Virus record (IMG/VR): IMGVR_UViG_3300036781_000821
Span: 1-64,000 of that record
Reading direction: 5' to 3' (one strand)
From: a virus
DNA length: 64,000 nt
The notes below the pieces were generated by a model that saw only the letters and a list, made by a program, of their open reading frames with translations, did not search any database and had not been told where the DNA came from. Positions 20,424 through 30,612 of the stretch are shown piece after piece. Each line of letters begins with the position of its first letter. Position 1 is the stretch's first letter. The position numbers were made by a program, and so were the translations under genes.

Positions 20424-21509
20424 TCAGTTCACCGACAGGCTTTGCTCAAGCTGATTGAGCGCCACCTGCCTCAATTCGACCGCTGTGCTGGTATACACAT
20501 TCTGGTTAACGTCCAGGCTGTGCCCGAGCTGATCCGCTACCAGCTTCCCGTCCACGCCCAGCGCCTTCATTAAGGATGAGTGTGTCCGACGGAGGACGAG
20601 GAAATTCACCCAGCCCAACCCGACCTTGGACAGCTTGGGATGGATTGAACGCCGAAAGCAGTTGTCCTTGGACAGTGGCGTCATCCGTTCAGACGGAAAG
20701 ACCCATGCCTCTGGACATGTATCAACCGCGATCGCTCGCCACGCTTCGATCTCGCGAAGCAATCCCTCCGGCAATGCCGCCTGCCGAACGGACTGGTTGG
20801 TCTTCGGAGTATCGATCACGTTCCGGTAGGTCCGTTGCCGGATGTCCGCGTAAGCCGCCGTCATCCGACCCCACGTGAGGGCGAAAATCTCGCCCGGCCG
20901 CATTCCGGCCACGACCCCTAATTTGCAGATCAAGCGTTCACGGCCGTCCAATACTTCAAAACAGGTTTGCACCTCCTTTAAGGTCATAACGCGGCGCACG
21001 GGCTTCGCCGCTTCTCTCGGGGTGAACAGCAACATCGCCGGGTTTCGCTGGACACGACCTTCAGCCACGGCCATGTCAAAAATTTGCTTCGCGTCCCAAC
21101 GGAGATGATCCACGGTCGAGTAGGACAAACCCGCGTTGGCCTTTGCGTCCAAAAGATCCTGCAACTCGTCCCGCTTCAAGCTGGACAAGGCCCGATCTCC
21201 AAACGCGCTGACCAAATGCGTGTTCACCCTATACACGTTGTTTTCTCTCGTGCTGCGTTTCCACTTCCGACCGTAAAATTCGTAATACGGCCCGCTCACA
21301 AATTCGCCGAACGTCCAAACCCGGTTTTCGTCGACCTTGGCGTTCGCCTCATCCGCGAACTTATTCACCGCCGCCCGCGCCTGAGTCTTGGTCATCGACT
21401 TCACTGGACCCAAAACTCTGGAACGATGGCTGCCCGTGGAGTCGTAAAACATCCCGACCCACTTGCCCTTCTGCTTCTTCAAACTGCCACGCTGATACTT
21501 TTGACGCAT
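20424..21509 (-). CDS. int: Tyrosine recombinase / phage integrase
   Basis: YQRGSL arm-binding N-terminus, GMRPGEI, TPKT, LRRT, LGHS..NVY. Confidence 0.93.
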   Translation of the reverse strand: MRQKYQRGSLKKQKGKWVGMFYDSTGSHRSRVLGPVKSMTKTQARAAVNKFADEANAKVDENRVWTFGEFVSGPYYEFYGRKWKRSTRENNVYRVNTHLVSAFGDRALSSLKRDELQDLLDAKANAGLSYSTVDHLRWDAKQIFDMAVAEGRVQRNPAMLLFTPREAAKPVRRVMTLKEVQTCFEVLDGRERLICKLGVVAGMRPGEIFALTWGRMTAAYADIRQRTYRNVIDTPKTNQSVRQAALPEGLLREIEAWRAIAVDTCPEAWVFPSERMTPLSKDNCFRRSIHPKLSKVGLGWVNFLVLRRTHSSLMKALGVDGKLVADQLGHSLDVNQNVYTSTAVELRQVALNQLEQSLSVN

Positions 21510-21522
21510 TCGGATTCTCTCC

Positions 21523-21759
21523 TTATGCGTTTCCAGCGCTTCGTCCTAGCGAAGCCATCGTAGCAGCTTTTTCGTTTTGCTCGACCCACGCCAGCAACGA
21601 AGCTCGGCGCACCAATTTCCTGCGTCCAAGGCTTACGCACGGAATCGCCGGACAGCCAGGCACACGCCCAGAAACGGCCTTAGTGATGTGCGCGCGCGAC
21701 ACGCCCAACAGCTTCGCGACGTCTTCGAGTGACAGAAAATCAAACTCTTGGAGTGCCGT
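21523..21759 (-). CDS. xis: Excisionase-like HTH protein (ACG at expected start)
   Basis: FLSLEDVAKLLGVSRAHI..IPCVSLGRRKLVRRASLLAW; GAGGAGG 7 nt before ACG at 21759. Confidence 0.75.
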   Translation of the reverse strand, partial: TALQEFDFLSLEDVAKLLGVSRAHITKAVSGRVPGCPAIPCVSLGRRKLVRRASLLAWVEQNEKAATMASLGRSAGNA

Positions 21760-21771
21760 CTCTCTACCTCC

Positions 21772-22254
21772 TCACACCCACTCATGCAGCTTGCCAAGCA
21801 ATTTCTCCCATACTTCTTTCGCTCGCCAATCCAGCCATCGCAGGTACCCACGCTTGTCTAGTTGCCAACCAATGACCACACATGCAGCCATATACCCTTG
21901 ACCAATGAAGAATGCACCTCCGTGATGAACCCACTCCGCGATGTTTATAGAAAATAACGCGACCGCCGCGCCGCCAATCCAGCCAAGCACCACCAGCGTT
22001 TCATTGCGATGCCTTATGCTGCGCTTCAATTCCCGCGCCAGCTCATCCACACGAAGCGCAACATGATCAATACGCTCCAGCACAGCAGATTGATCGACCG
22101 CGACGCTTTCCCTGCTCTCGCCCGACTCCTGTTTAAGAAAATGCTGGACAGTGCTTGGCGGCTGGCCAATCCTCTCAGCGATCTTTCGGACTGATTCGCC
22201 AGCTTCGCGCAGGTCGAGAATTTGCTGACGGTATCCGTCAAGTTTGTGTGCCAT
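21772..22254 (-). CDS. HTH + coiled-coil + two TM helices protein
   Basis: ILDLREAGESVRKIAERIGQPPSTVQHFL HTH; hydrophobic C-terminus. Confidence 0.6.
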   Translation of the reverse strand: MAHKLDGYRQQILDLREAGESVRKIAERIGQPPSTVQHFLKQESGESRESVAVDQSAVLERIDHVALRVDELARELKRSIRHRNETLVVLGWIGGAAVALFSINIAEWVHHGGAFFIGQGYMAACVVIGWQLDKRGYLRWLDWRAKEVWEKLLGKLHEWV

Positions 22255-22520
22255 CAGATTGTTTTCGCTTCGATCATGCGATCCAATTTCCAACGATCCA
22301 CGTATACTCGCCGATCTATTCGGTGAAGGCAGCCGTCGAGCTTGCCGTGGAACACCATCTTTTCTACCGCGCTTTTGGTTCGTCCGATGTAAACCGCAGT
22401 CTGCTCCAGCGTCATCAATCTGGGGAAGGGGGTCTTGTCTTGACCCCCGCCCAGACGACGAGCCAGCAGCACCACAACTTGCGTAATCATGTACTGCAAC
22501 TGGTCGTTTTCTAACCGCAT
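22254..22520 (-). CDS. Second excisionase-like HTH protein
   Basis: RLMTLEQTAVYIGRTKSAVEKMV..RVYVDRWKLDRMIE. Confidence 0.7.
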   Translation of the reverse strand: MRLENDQLQYMITQVVVLLARRLGGGQDKTPFPRLMTLEQTAVYIGRTKSAVEKMVFHGKLDGCLHRIDRRVYVDRWKLDRMIEAKTI

Positions 22521-22526
22521 TCATGG

Positions 22527-22772
22527 CTACCTCAGGAAGCCTAAATTGATCGGCGTTGTCCACGCCTTCCACGCCAGAAATATGACCAAACCCGCAAGCA
22601 GCACTCGCCCTACTCGTGAGTAGATGAATGCCCTTGAAGGCTCGGTTGCGCCCCGAACGATGATTAGGAGAATCATCCTTGCCGCGCCGACGATGGAATA
22701 CACCAGCGCAAGCGCAGCCCCGAGACGCACAAAGACCATCAGCATTTCCCACAGACTCATTTCATGGATCAT
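22527..22772 (-). CDS. Small two-TM membrane protein
   Basis: Two hydrophobic helices; in operon after coupling protein. Confidence 0.55.
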   Translation of the reverse strand: MIHEMSLWEMLMVFVRLGAALALVYSIVGAARMILLIIVRGATEPSRAFIYSRVGRVLLAGLVIFLAWKAWTTPINLGFLR

Positions 22773-22928
22773 TTGCCTAGCCTCCCGATTCTTTCCCGGT
22801 TGGCTTTCGCGTCTTCTGCTTGCTTTGCTTCCCGAGCAAGCTTTTCCGCTACCGTCTCGTAGTCCGACTTCGGCGGGTCTGAGTACGGCAATCGGGGTTT
22901 GCTCCAATCTTCATTTGCCATTCGTTTT

Positions 22929-24482
22929 TCACCTGCCTTTCCTTGGTAGATTTGCGATGTATCTGTCGTCACGGCTGAGCCAACGTCGCCACCAACTTGA
23001 CTCTCGTTGGCCCACATTCACGTCGAAGAAAATCCGGTCGATTTGCATTCCATCCGGGTAAACGCACCGCACGATGGCTTCCGCTAAACCGTCTTTGCGA
23101 TTGCCACGCTGCATGCCCGGGAACCATTCCGGTGGAACCTTGCGCTTGCGTTTGCGCGAGTAGCTCACGCTTGCGTCCTGCATTGGCTGATTGAGAATGT
23201 CCTCGTCTGGGAATGGCACCCAATCACGCTTGCGCCCGCTCATCCCCGCTTCCCAGACTTCCTCTTCACCGCAGTCCTGCGATGCCCATTCGTTTGTCTC
23301 GGGGCAGGTGTTGTTCAGGTAGACGCGGTTATTGATCGTTGCAAGCAACGCCTGAACCTGATTAGTGTCCCTGATTTCGCTCTTGAGGTTGTTAATGGAT
23401 TGAGTACTGAGGAAATAGCACGCCCGCGATTCACGGCACATGGCGGTGAAGTTGAAGTCGCTGGTGGAAACGTAATTCTGGCCTTCACCGAGGTACAGCG
23501 TTACGGGCCGTGCGCCCTTTGGCCGACCGAGCAAATACTTTTGCACCGCCAGCTTCCACAAAACGAATGCGACCTTCGCCGATCCACCGTGCGACATCGG
23601 CAGATTAATCAGGATTATCGCGCCATGTTCCAGCAGGTCAGGCGTGATTGCTTCATCGCCGGGCGCGGGTTCGCCAAAGAGTTTATTTAACGGATACTCA
23701 CCCAAGCCCGCCCACACCGTTGTTGCTGAGATGATGCAATTGCCTTTGACGCGCGGTTCCAGGTTGCGAAGTTCCTCAATCAGGAACAAAACGGCGCGGC
23801 GCACATCGCCCACTTCCTCGTCCTTGCATTTGGCAAGTGCGTTTTGACAATGCTCCTGACAATTGATCTCGCGCGGCTTGGGATTCTTTTCGTCGTCATA
23901 TTCTTGAACCCGTGGCCGAGATTCATCGACCGTCTGGATCATTCGCAGGCATCGCTCGGCAGAGATACCATCATTAGCCGCGAGGTCAACCGTCATCACT
24001 GCGTGGTTAATGCGGTCAGACATCTGGTTGAAGAAGCGATTCTCCCCGCCAGCATCCGTCATCCGTCCGCGCTCGGAAACCTCGCCGGTTTCTTTGAGAA
24101 AATCGACGGCTACTCTGACGACCCCTTGCCTGCCCTTCGTGCCAGTGGCGAGCCAGCTCAATATCGGGAACATCGTCTTGCCATCCGCGTTGACGACGAT
24201 GACATCCTGCTCGCGTCCGCGATCACGCGCCCACCCAGTGATTTGCTCAGAGGTAAGCGGCTTTGGGCAGGCGCCGAGCATCGCGAATCCGGCATCAAAC
24301 ATGCCCTTGATCCACGTTTGCTCAGCAAACAGGGTCTTGCCCGCGCCTATGCCGCCAGTGAATGCGACGTTCTCGAAACATTGCCAGACTTCCGGCCCAT
24401 ACTTCTGCGCGGAGTCAAAATGAAAAAGGATGTGATCGTCTGCAGCGAACGGCAGATGATGATCGTGGACATTGACGAGCAT
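22929..24482 (-). CDS. TraD/TraG/VirD4-like type IV coupling protein (no N-terminal TM)
   Basis: FTGGIGAGKT Walker A, GAIILINLP, LYLGEGQNY (variant Walker B), CRESRACYFLSTQSINNL, NTCPETNEWASQ.CG. Confidence 0.72.
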   Translation of the reverse strand: MLVNVHDHHLPFAADDHILFHFDSAQKYGPEVWQCFENVAFTGGIGAGKTLFAEQTWIKGMFDAGFAMLGACPKPLTSEQITGWARDRGREQDVIVVNADGKTMFPILSWLATGTKGRQGVVRVAVDFLKETGEVSERGRMTDAGGENRFFNQMSDRINHAVMTVDLAANDGISAERCLRMIQTVDESRPRVQEYDDEKNPKPREINCQEHCQNALAKCKDEEVGDVRRAVLFLIEELRNLEPRVKGNCIISATTVWAGLGEYPLNKLFGEPAPGDEAITPDLLEHGAIILINLPMSHGGSAKVAFVLWKLAVQKYLLGRPKGARPVTLYLGEGQNYVSTSDFNFTAMCRESRACYFLSTQSINNLKSEIRDTNQVQALLATINNRVYLNNTCPETNEWASQDCGEEEVWEAGMSGRKRDWVPFPDEDILNQPMQDASVSYSRKRKRKVPPEWFPGMQRGNRKDGLAEAIVRCVYPDGMQIDRIFFDVNVGQRESSWWRRWLSRDDRYIANLPRKGR

Positions 24483-24935
24483 AGGCGCGAGAATCTCCTG
24501 TTTGAAATTGCTTCAAACCGGGTGAAGTATTCTCGCGACCTACCGTTAGGAGGGTTGCGATACTAGCGCAGCCAGCTCCTGCCAGCCATAGCAGGAACCG
24601 GAGAAGCTCCGAACAGCCTATGAAGCTTCGCGCATCTACCGATCTTGGATCTTGGGTATTCCCTCGACCCGAGGGGCTAATACGGCTTGCATCCCTGTAT
24701 AGAATGCTGCCCCTCTGGTAGAGAGAAATATCATATTTTCCGCAGCTACGCAATGGCTTGCCCTGAATGGATACTCTAGGAAGAATCAGGAAACCTTTCC
24801 CCTGCTGATCCCTGATTGTGCGCCGCCGTCCTCGCGGGTAAACCCTTCCCTCTGGCTCGCTGCGCTCGGGGTTGACTCCGCTCCGGGTGCGGCTAACCCG
24901 GATGGGGACGCAGGGGAAAAGAAAAATGGGAAGGG

Positions 24936-26477
24936 TTAAGGGGCTTCTGCTGCGTACTGCTTGCGGAGCATTGCCTTGCGAATCGCCTCGCGATCCTGAA
25001 AGCTTTGGCGGTTCTGCGCCATGACATCGATGACGTTCTGCAATTTGGTCTCTTGTGCACCAGCCGCAGCTTTCCGAACGAGGCTCGAAACAACTTGCCC
25101 AGCGCCGCCGGCCACGATACCGGCTCCGGGACCCGCCGCCATTCCTGTAGTCGCGCCAGCAACGTAAGGAACTAATCGGCTGCCAAACACCTTCAGCAAC
25201 TTGGTCCCAGTGCCTGTTTTGGCGGCATCTTCGAGAGCGGCGATTTCCTCATCGGTATACCCTCGCATCAACGAATCGTTGTTTAGCAGCGACCTTGCGC
25301 CTGACTTGATGGTTGTGTCTGGATTGTCCGACAGCGCAGCCCGCGCCTGAATGCGCTCAACATCTCGCATCTTCATTGCCTGAGACCATTGCGCGCGAGC
25401 GTCTTTTAGCGACTCATACCCTTCTTTGCCTCCCACTACTTCCGTTTCAGGGACGTTATCCAGCATGTTTCTGAGCTTGGCCTTGGCATCGAGCAGATCC
25501 CGACCTTGCTTGGATATACCTTTTAGACCATACTCAGCATCCGCTAAACTACTGAGCCGCTCGTCAAGTATCTGGGCGTCCTTAAGGGTGAACGGCTGAT
25601 CTCGTATGCCAGCGAACTCCGCAGCAAACTGTTTTACTGGATCGCTCTTGGCGGCGATTATCTCCGTGGGTGTTTTGGGTGTCGGGCCAGCTATTTCATC
25701 AAGCACCTTGTTTGGAAACGTCGGAGAGTATACATACTTGCCGTAATCGTAACTTTCCCCAGCCCCCGCTTTCATCGCCTTGGAAGCGGGCCCAGCTTCA
25801 GTTTTCGCGTCCAGCATCGTAGAAACCTTGTTCGCCAGGTCTGCGCCAGGCGACGTAGGCGCCGTGCCTCTATTCAGTTCGGCGGCTTCAGGGATCATGA
25901 GCGGGAGTACGGCTTTGCCCACAGTGTTACCGACACCGAAAGATGCTGGATTCGTTTCCTTGGCGACAGCCGACTTCTCGCGTTCGTTAGCCGCTTTCAA
26001 TCGCTCGAAATTCAGTTCGCCCTTTGCCTCTCCCTCCGGGTCGAGAACGTGTGCGGTTCCAGCCATCGCATAAAACGGAAGGTTTGCCGCATCTAACGCC
26101 AGATCCACGCCGCTCGTGCCAACGCCATGCGCCAGGCCCTCTGTGGTCTTAACCGGGTCTTTGCCCATCCCAATCACTGTGTTGATAAGGTTTTCGCCGA
26201 GGCCGCCTACCGTGTTGTCTATGGCGTCGACGACCTTGTTGCCGGCATCGACCGGGTGCTTTATTGCATCGCCGACGACATCCGCGACCTTTGAAGCACC
26301 GCGCGCAAGCGGATTGGATGCCGAAGCCTGCGAAACATACTGAGCGCGTTCTTCGGGCGTGAGATCACGCGTCTGCATGATCTTTTCGAGATCGTCGATG
26401 CTGGACGGCGCTGAAGCATCAAACTTGTCGAATGGGTTTGAGCTTGGCTGTTGATCGAATTTATCGAATGGGTTCAT
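24936..26477 (-). CDS. Putative internal virion / DNA ejection protein
   Basis: NPFDKFD N-terminal repeats, helical Ala/Gly-rich, last gene of podovirus virion cluster. Confidence 0.6.
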   Translation of the reverse strand: MNPFDKFDQQPSSNPFDKFDASAPSSIDDLEKIMQTRDLTPEERAQYVSQASASNPLARGASKVADVVGDAIKHPVDAGNKVVDAIDNTVGGLGENLINTVIGMGKDPVKTTEGLAHGVGTSGVDLALDAANLPFYAMAGTAHVLDPEGEAKGELNFERLKAANEREKSAVAKETNPASFGVGNTVGKAVLPLMIPEAAELNRGTAPTSPGADLANKVSTMLDAKTEAGPASKAMKAGAGESYDYGKYVYSPTFPNKVLDEIAGPTPKTPTEIIAAKSDPVKQFAAEFAGIRDQPFTLKDAQILDERLSSLADAEYGLKGISKQGRDLLDAKAKLRNMLDNVPETEVVGGKEGYESLKDARAQWSQAMKMRDVERIQARAALSDNPDTTIKSGARSLLNNDSLMRGYTDEEIAALEDAAKTGTGTKLLKVFGSRLVPYVAGATTGMAAGPGAGIVAGGAGQVVSSLVRKAAAGAQETKLQNVIDVMAQNRQSFQDREAIRKAMLRKQYAAEAP

Positions 26478-27805
26478 TGCCCGAGAATGCTCTTGGAAGC
26501 TCCGGCCCCATATTTCTGATCGAACTGAGCTGCGAGACTCGGATTCTGTTTAAGGTATTGTTTGGCTTCGTCGGGAATGGACTGCGTAGCTGGCTGACCG
26601 CCGCCACCGCCTTGGGCGGGAGATGGCGCCGCCGCGGCCCCCGTGATTGGTGCGAACTCAAATTGGTTGTAAGGGACGCGACTCGGATTAACGATCATCA
26701 CCCGACCCTTGGGATCTGCGGTTTTCCCGTCAGAGCTGCGCACTAGGAGCGGATTGGCCTTTTGATATTGCTCGGTGTAGCGTTCCGCGTCCGGTATGCT
26801 TGCGCCCCGCTGGATTAGCTCGTTTTTCAGCTGAAGCGCGTCGCGGTCGGCATCCACGGCCGCCTTGAAGCCTTGGATCAATCGCTGATTGACCTTTGGA
26901 TCTTTGGCGGCGTCTGGAATATTCGCGGTCGCACCCATGTACTCAAGGACATTTCGCATGTTCTTGGTGTTGGCGAGGACATTCTGACGCATCAGCGCCA
27001 CGTCCGAATTGAGCTGCGAACCTGCCGCGCCCTGCACCATAGGCGATGAGCCGAGGAGCGGTACGTTAGCGCGGATCTGGTCCCACTTGCCGGTATTGTC
27101 GACATCGGACTGCACAGTCGGGATCAGGCCGTCCACCTTGTCGATCGCTTCCATTGCCTTGGCATTGTCGACCAGTGCCTTTTCCTTGTCTTTTATGCGC
27201 ATTTCATCGCCCTTCTTGGCGAGGTCAGGTGAGACTCCAAAATTCTGATTCGTGCCGGTCAGCGGTTTGCCATTTGGACCAGTAAACGTATAGGTGGGTG
27301 AATTTGTGTCTGTCGGGGTAGCGATCTTTGTGCTCTCGTTCTTGGTCTGCTCCTCAACATACTTTTGCCTCGCAGTGTTTAGGTCGATTTCAGATTTGAT
27401 CTTTGGGTCGGTAACGACCATAGGCGGCACTACGTCTTGTGCGCTCGTGATTGGAGGGAGGCCCGCAGCCACGCGAGGCTCGTTCATGGCATCGACCTGT
27501 TGTTGCGGGGTGTAGGGAACAGCCGGAGCCGTGGGAGTTGCGGCATCCGCGCGCTCTTGCTCATCCTTCATCACGCGGTTGGCATAATCCTGCTTGGCGA
27601 TGTTCAGGTAGTCGGCTGACTGGCCGAGTCTCGTGTTTTCCCGGTCATTAACCAGAGCGTCATTTGCCACGCGGTGATCTTCAATCGCCTTATCCAAGGC
27701 AATGCGATCGGCAAATTGCTTGCGGCGTTGCTCCAGATCCGCAGCCGTCTGGAAGATGCTCGCGCCGTTTGCAATCGACTTGTTTAAGACTTCCGCGATT
27801 CCCAT
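26474..27805 (-). CDS. Putative DNA ejection protein
   Basis: Position; C-terminal YLKQNPSLAAQFDQKYGAG pattern. Confidence 0.6.
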   Translation of the reverse strand: MGIAEVLNKSIANGASIFQTAADLEQRRKQFADRIALDKAIEDHRVANDALVNDRENTRLGQSADYLNIAKQDYANRVMKDEQERADAATPTAPAVPYTPQQQVDAMNEPRVAAGLPPITSAQDVVPPMVVTDPKIKSEIDLNTARQKYVEEQTKNESTKIATPTDTNSPTYTFTGPNGKPLTGTNQNFGVSPDLAKKGDEMRIKDKEKALVDNAKAMEAIDKVDGLIPTVQSDVDNTGKWDQIRANVPLLGSSPMVQGAAGSQLNSDVALMRQNVLANTKNMRNVLEYMGATANIPDAAKDPKVNQRLIQGFKAAVDADRDALQLKNELIQRGASIPDAERYTEQYQKANPLLVRSSDGKTADPKGRVMIVNPSRVPYNQFEFAPITGAAAAPSPAQGGGGGQPATQSIPDEAKQYLKQNPSLAAQFDQKYGAGASKSILGQ

Positions 27806-27814
27806 AACGTCTCC

Positions 27815-28633
27815 CTAGGCCAATTTCTTTCCCGCGTATCCGAGACCGCCGCCGAGAATAGTGCCGGCCAGCGCCATCCACGGAGGCGTGTAGTTCAACT
27901 GCGAATTGTAGAGCTGGTTTGTGGCATTCTGCCCAGCGCTATAGAGTCCTCCCTGCGTTCCGTAGGTGCTTTGACCCGCCGAGATTGCGGCTGTGCCGGC
28001 CGCGGGGTTAACTGGCGACGTGGGATTGACCACCTGCCCCTGGAATGGCGTGGGAGCTGTTGTTGCCGGAGTCGTGAGCTGTTGACCATTCGTAAACGCT
28101 TGGGCGTTGCCAAGCCGTTGTTGCTGGAGTGCCAATCCCGCGTTGCCGACCGTCATTCCCTCCTCGATTGCCGGAGCCAGTCCGCTGACATTGCCGTGGG
28201 CGGCGGAAATACCGCGAGCCTGTTGCTCGAGCTGGTTAATTGACGTCGGATCCAACGTCGTACCAAGGTCGAGGTCGCTGTTGATCGTCTGGCCGAGCTT
28301 TTGGTGGGCAAGGTAGCCCTCGGGATCGAGCTGCTTGAGCGAGTCGAGTTCGACCTGGTTGTAGTCGCTCCCATACTTCTGTTGAAGCGCGAGATTAGCA
28401 GCCGCGTTGCGATCCGCGCTCTCGGCGTTTACCTGATCGGTGTACTTGGTCAGATCCGCCGCGCCCGTTCCCGCGAACGCACCTTGCCCGGTCTCCGCAT
28501 TAAACGCCGTCTGCTGCACTTGGGGAGCGCTTCCGAGCATTGATTGAATGCCCTGGTTGTAGAGGGAGGCGAAATCCGGTGTCTGCGGGTAGGGAACGGG
28601 ATTTGAGGGAGGTGTTGGCGCGGAGCTGTTCAT
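27815..28633 (-). CDS. Putative DNA ejection/pilot protein
   Basis: Gln/Gly/Ala-rich with C-terminal GTILGGGLG hydrophobic segment. Confidence 0.55.
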   Translation of the reverse strand: MNSSAPTPPSNPVPYPQTPDFASLYNQGIQSMLGSAPQVQQTAFNAETGQGAFAGTGAADLTKYTDQVNAESADRNAAANLALQQKYGSDYNQVELDSLKQLDPEGYLAHQKLGQTINSDLDLGTTLDPTSINQLEQQARGISAAHGNVSGLAPAIEEGMTVGNAGLALQQQRLGNAQAFTNGQQLTTPATTAPTPFQGQVVNPTSPVNPAAGTAAISAGQSTYGTQGGLYSAGQNATNQLYNSQLNYTPPWMALAGTILGGGLGYAGKKLA

Positions 28634-29032
28634 TTAAACTTTCATGTGGCGGTTCATCAGTCCAATATCCTTGAACACGTACCGTTTCCGGTTTCGTTTC
28701 AACCGTTCATAACCAATCACGCTCTGGCGTGGGAAATGCGATCGCATCGACCACCAGAGAGTCTTCAAAGCCTCACCCGTTCGCGCGACTGCGATGTCAA
28801 TCCACATCACTTCGCCGGCATCATCGCGCACGTGCCAGTCCAGAGCCTGAGAACCGTGCGAAATCGGCCGCCCGATACCCACAGCGAGGCATCGGCCCGC
28901 GCCGTCGACGCAATAGATGAGGCTCTTTCGGTTCAGGGCGAAGCGAACGAAGCCGAAAAGCCGCTTCCAGCCCCACTCGCGGCATCGCGCCGAGTAGAGC
29001 CACAGGAAACGGGCGAAATCCACGGCGATCAC
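28634..29032 (-). CDS. Small virion-assembly protein (GNAT/T7 gp13-like position)
   Basis: Between nozzle and ejection genes. Confidence 0.45.
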   Translation of the reverse strand: MIAVDFARFLWLYSARCREWGWKRLFGFVRFALNRKSLIYCVDGAGRCLAVGIGRPISHGSQALDWHVRDDAGEVMWIDIAVARTGEALKTLWWSMRSHFPRQSVIGYERLKRNRKRYVFKDIGLMNRHMKV

Positions 29033-30612
29033 GGCGTCAGCTCCTTTTCCACGGTGTCGAGATAGCCCGCGAGGTTCATCGAGCGCATTCCGCAGTTGCC
29101 CTTTGTGTTGTGGATCTTGATAGCCATCTCCCGGAAGGGTCCGAATTGCATGAGATCACCCGCGTAGCGGTCGATACCCACCTTCTTGAGATCAAAAGGC
29201 AGGTCAACGGGCAGATCCACGGTCTCTACCTCGAAATCCTCCTTGACCTCGTTCTCGGTGTCCTCATCCAAAATCGCGCTTGCGGAAGTGTTTTCACCGC
29301 TGTCTTCCAAGTTCTCCAGCTCCAGCTCGCAATAATCGCCAGTCTTCGGGTTTTTGAGTTCCCGGAAATTCATCGAGCGGCTCAGAACATCGAAATCGTA
29401 ATCGGCGCCATCGTCCTGGAAGTCGGCCGCCACAAGGTTTTGCTCGCCCTTGTAATCGTTATTGACCAGCAGCTTTCCGGTATCCATACCGAGAACAAGT
29501 TTCAGGTCGCTGTTGAACTCAGTAATTTCCGAGCAACGCGCGCCGATGGACCACGGGCCTTCCCACGCCTTGTTTAGGAAGTTGTAGACGAGCGTGTAGT
29601 TCGGCACCTGACTCGCATCGATCGGCACGCTCAGGCGATAGGTGTTGTTGCGGAAGACTGCGCTGGAGTTTTGCACGAACGCCCAATTGATGCGCTCGAT
29701 CCAATCTTGGATCTTCTTAGAAATCGGGTCGCTCACGCTGAAGCGGCCGTCGTTCGTCAACGTCGGGGTCAGGAGGCGAACGCCCTCCTTGTACGAGAGG
29801 AATGCAATTACGTCGTTGCACTGAACGGCAGTACGGTGCGCGCAACACCCAATCGAATCGCTGGTCTTGTTGATGGTCCAATCCCCCGCCGAGGTAGCCG
29901 TGGGATCTGCGTTGACCACGTAAATCCTGTTGAGCTTGAACACCGCGAGATTGAACTGAAACCACGGACAGGCGCCAGTAATGGGCTTTCCATCGCCGCC
30001 GACGCGGAAAGAAAATTGATTCTGCCAGTGCCCAGCCGTTGGATCGAGCAAGTCGCAGGCGTGGACCTGGTCCAGGACGGCCGAACTCGCCACAGGATTG
30101 TTGTAGTTGAGGACGAAGACGCGCTCTGTATGCGGAACGATGTATTTGTAGCCTGCTCCGGGGGTGTTTACGCCCGTAATTTGCGTAAACGCCGCCCCAT
30201 CCCACGAATACACATTTTGAACGCCATCGACCAACAGCATTAAATCTGCAAGCTGCGCCATATGCACCTGGGCACCAGCGGTGGGAACGTACGTTCCTAT
30301 TGCGCCGGACACGACCACGCCGTCGAAGCTTTTCATCTGCGCATTACAGGCGATCAGAAGCTTCTCGACGGTAGGTGTCTTGAAATGCTTCATCCCCTGA
30401 ATCGCTTGGGCAGCCGTCACCGTCGCGAGTAGACTGTGACCAATTCTCTTCTTGCACCGCTCATTGCTGAACAGCCGCCCGTTCAAGATCAGTTGCGCTT
30501 CATTGGGCGCGAGACTGTTCGGACGGTCGTTGGAATTCATGCCACCTCCGAACGAGATTTGCTCGTCGAAGATCAGCGGATCATCCAGAAGTTCGTTATT
30601 GTGGACGGGCAT
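29029..30612 (-). CDS. Tail nozzle / stabilisation protein (P22 gp10 / T7 gp12-like)
   Basis: SFGGGMNS N-terminus, IGCCAHRT, beta-propeller-like repeats, synteny. Confidence 0.72.
   Translation of the reverse strand: MPVHNNELLDDPLIFDEQISFGGGMNSNDRPNSLAPNEAQLILNGRLFSNERCKKRIGHSLLATVTAAQAIQGMKHFKTPTVEKLLIACNAQMKSFDGVVVSGAIGTYVPTAGAQVHMAQLADLMLLVDGVQNVYSWDGAAFTQITGVNTPGAGYKYIVPHTERVFVLNYNNPVASSAVLDQVHACDLLDPTAGHWQNQFSFRVGGDGKPITGACPWFQFNLAVFKLNRIYVVNADPTATSAGDWTINKTSDSIGCCAHRTAVQCNDVIAFLSYKEGVRLLTPTLTNDGRFSVSDPISKKIQDWIERINWAFVQNSSAVFRNNTYRLSVPIDASQVPNYTLVYNFLNKAWEGPWSIGARCSEITEFNSDLKLVLGMDTGKLLVNNDYKGEQNLVAADFQDDGADYDFDVLSRSMNFRELKNPKTGDYCELELENLEDSGENTSASAILDEDTENEVKEDFEVETVDLPVDLPFDLKKVGIDRYAGDLMQFGPFREMAIKIHNTKGNCGMRSMNLAGYLDTVEKELTP

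Noticed and set aside
20424-21509. Integrase inactive because HxxR reads LVLRRT
   Set aside because: The other catalytic R, K, R, H and Y are present and the first His varies among tyrosine recombinases, so this is insufficient evidence.
22527-22772. VirB2-like pilin implying a full T4SS
   Set aside because: Only hydrophobicity supports it; no VirB4, VirB6 or other mating-pair genes are present.
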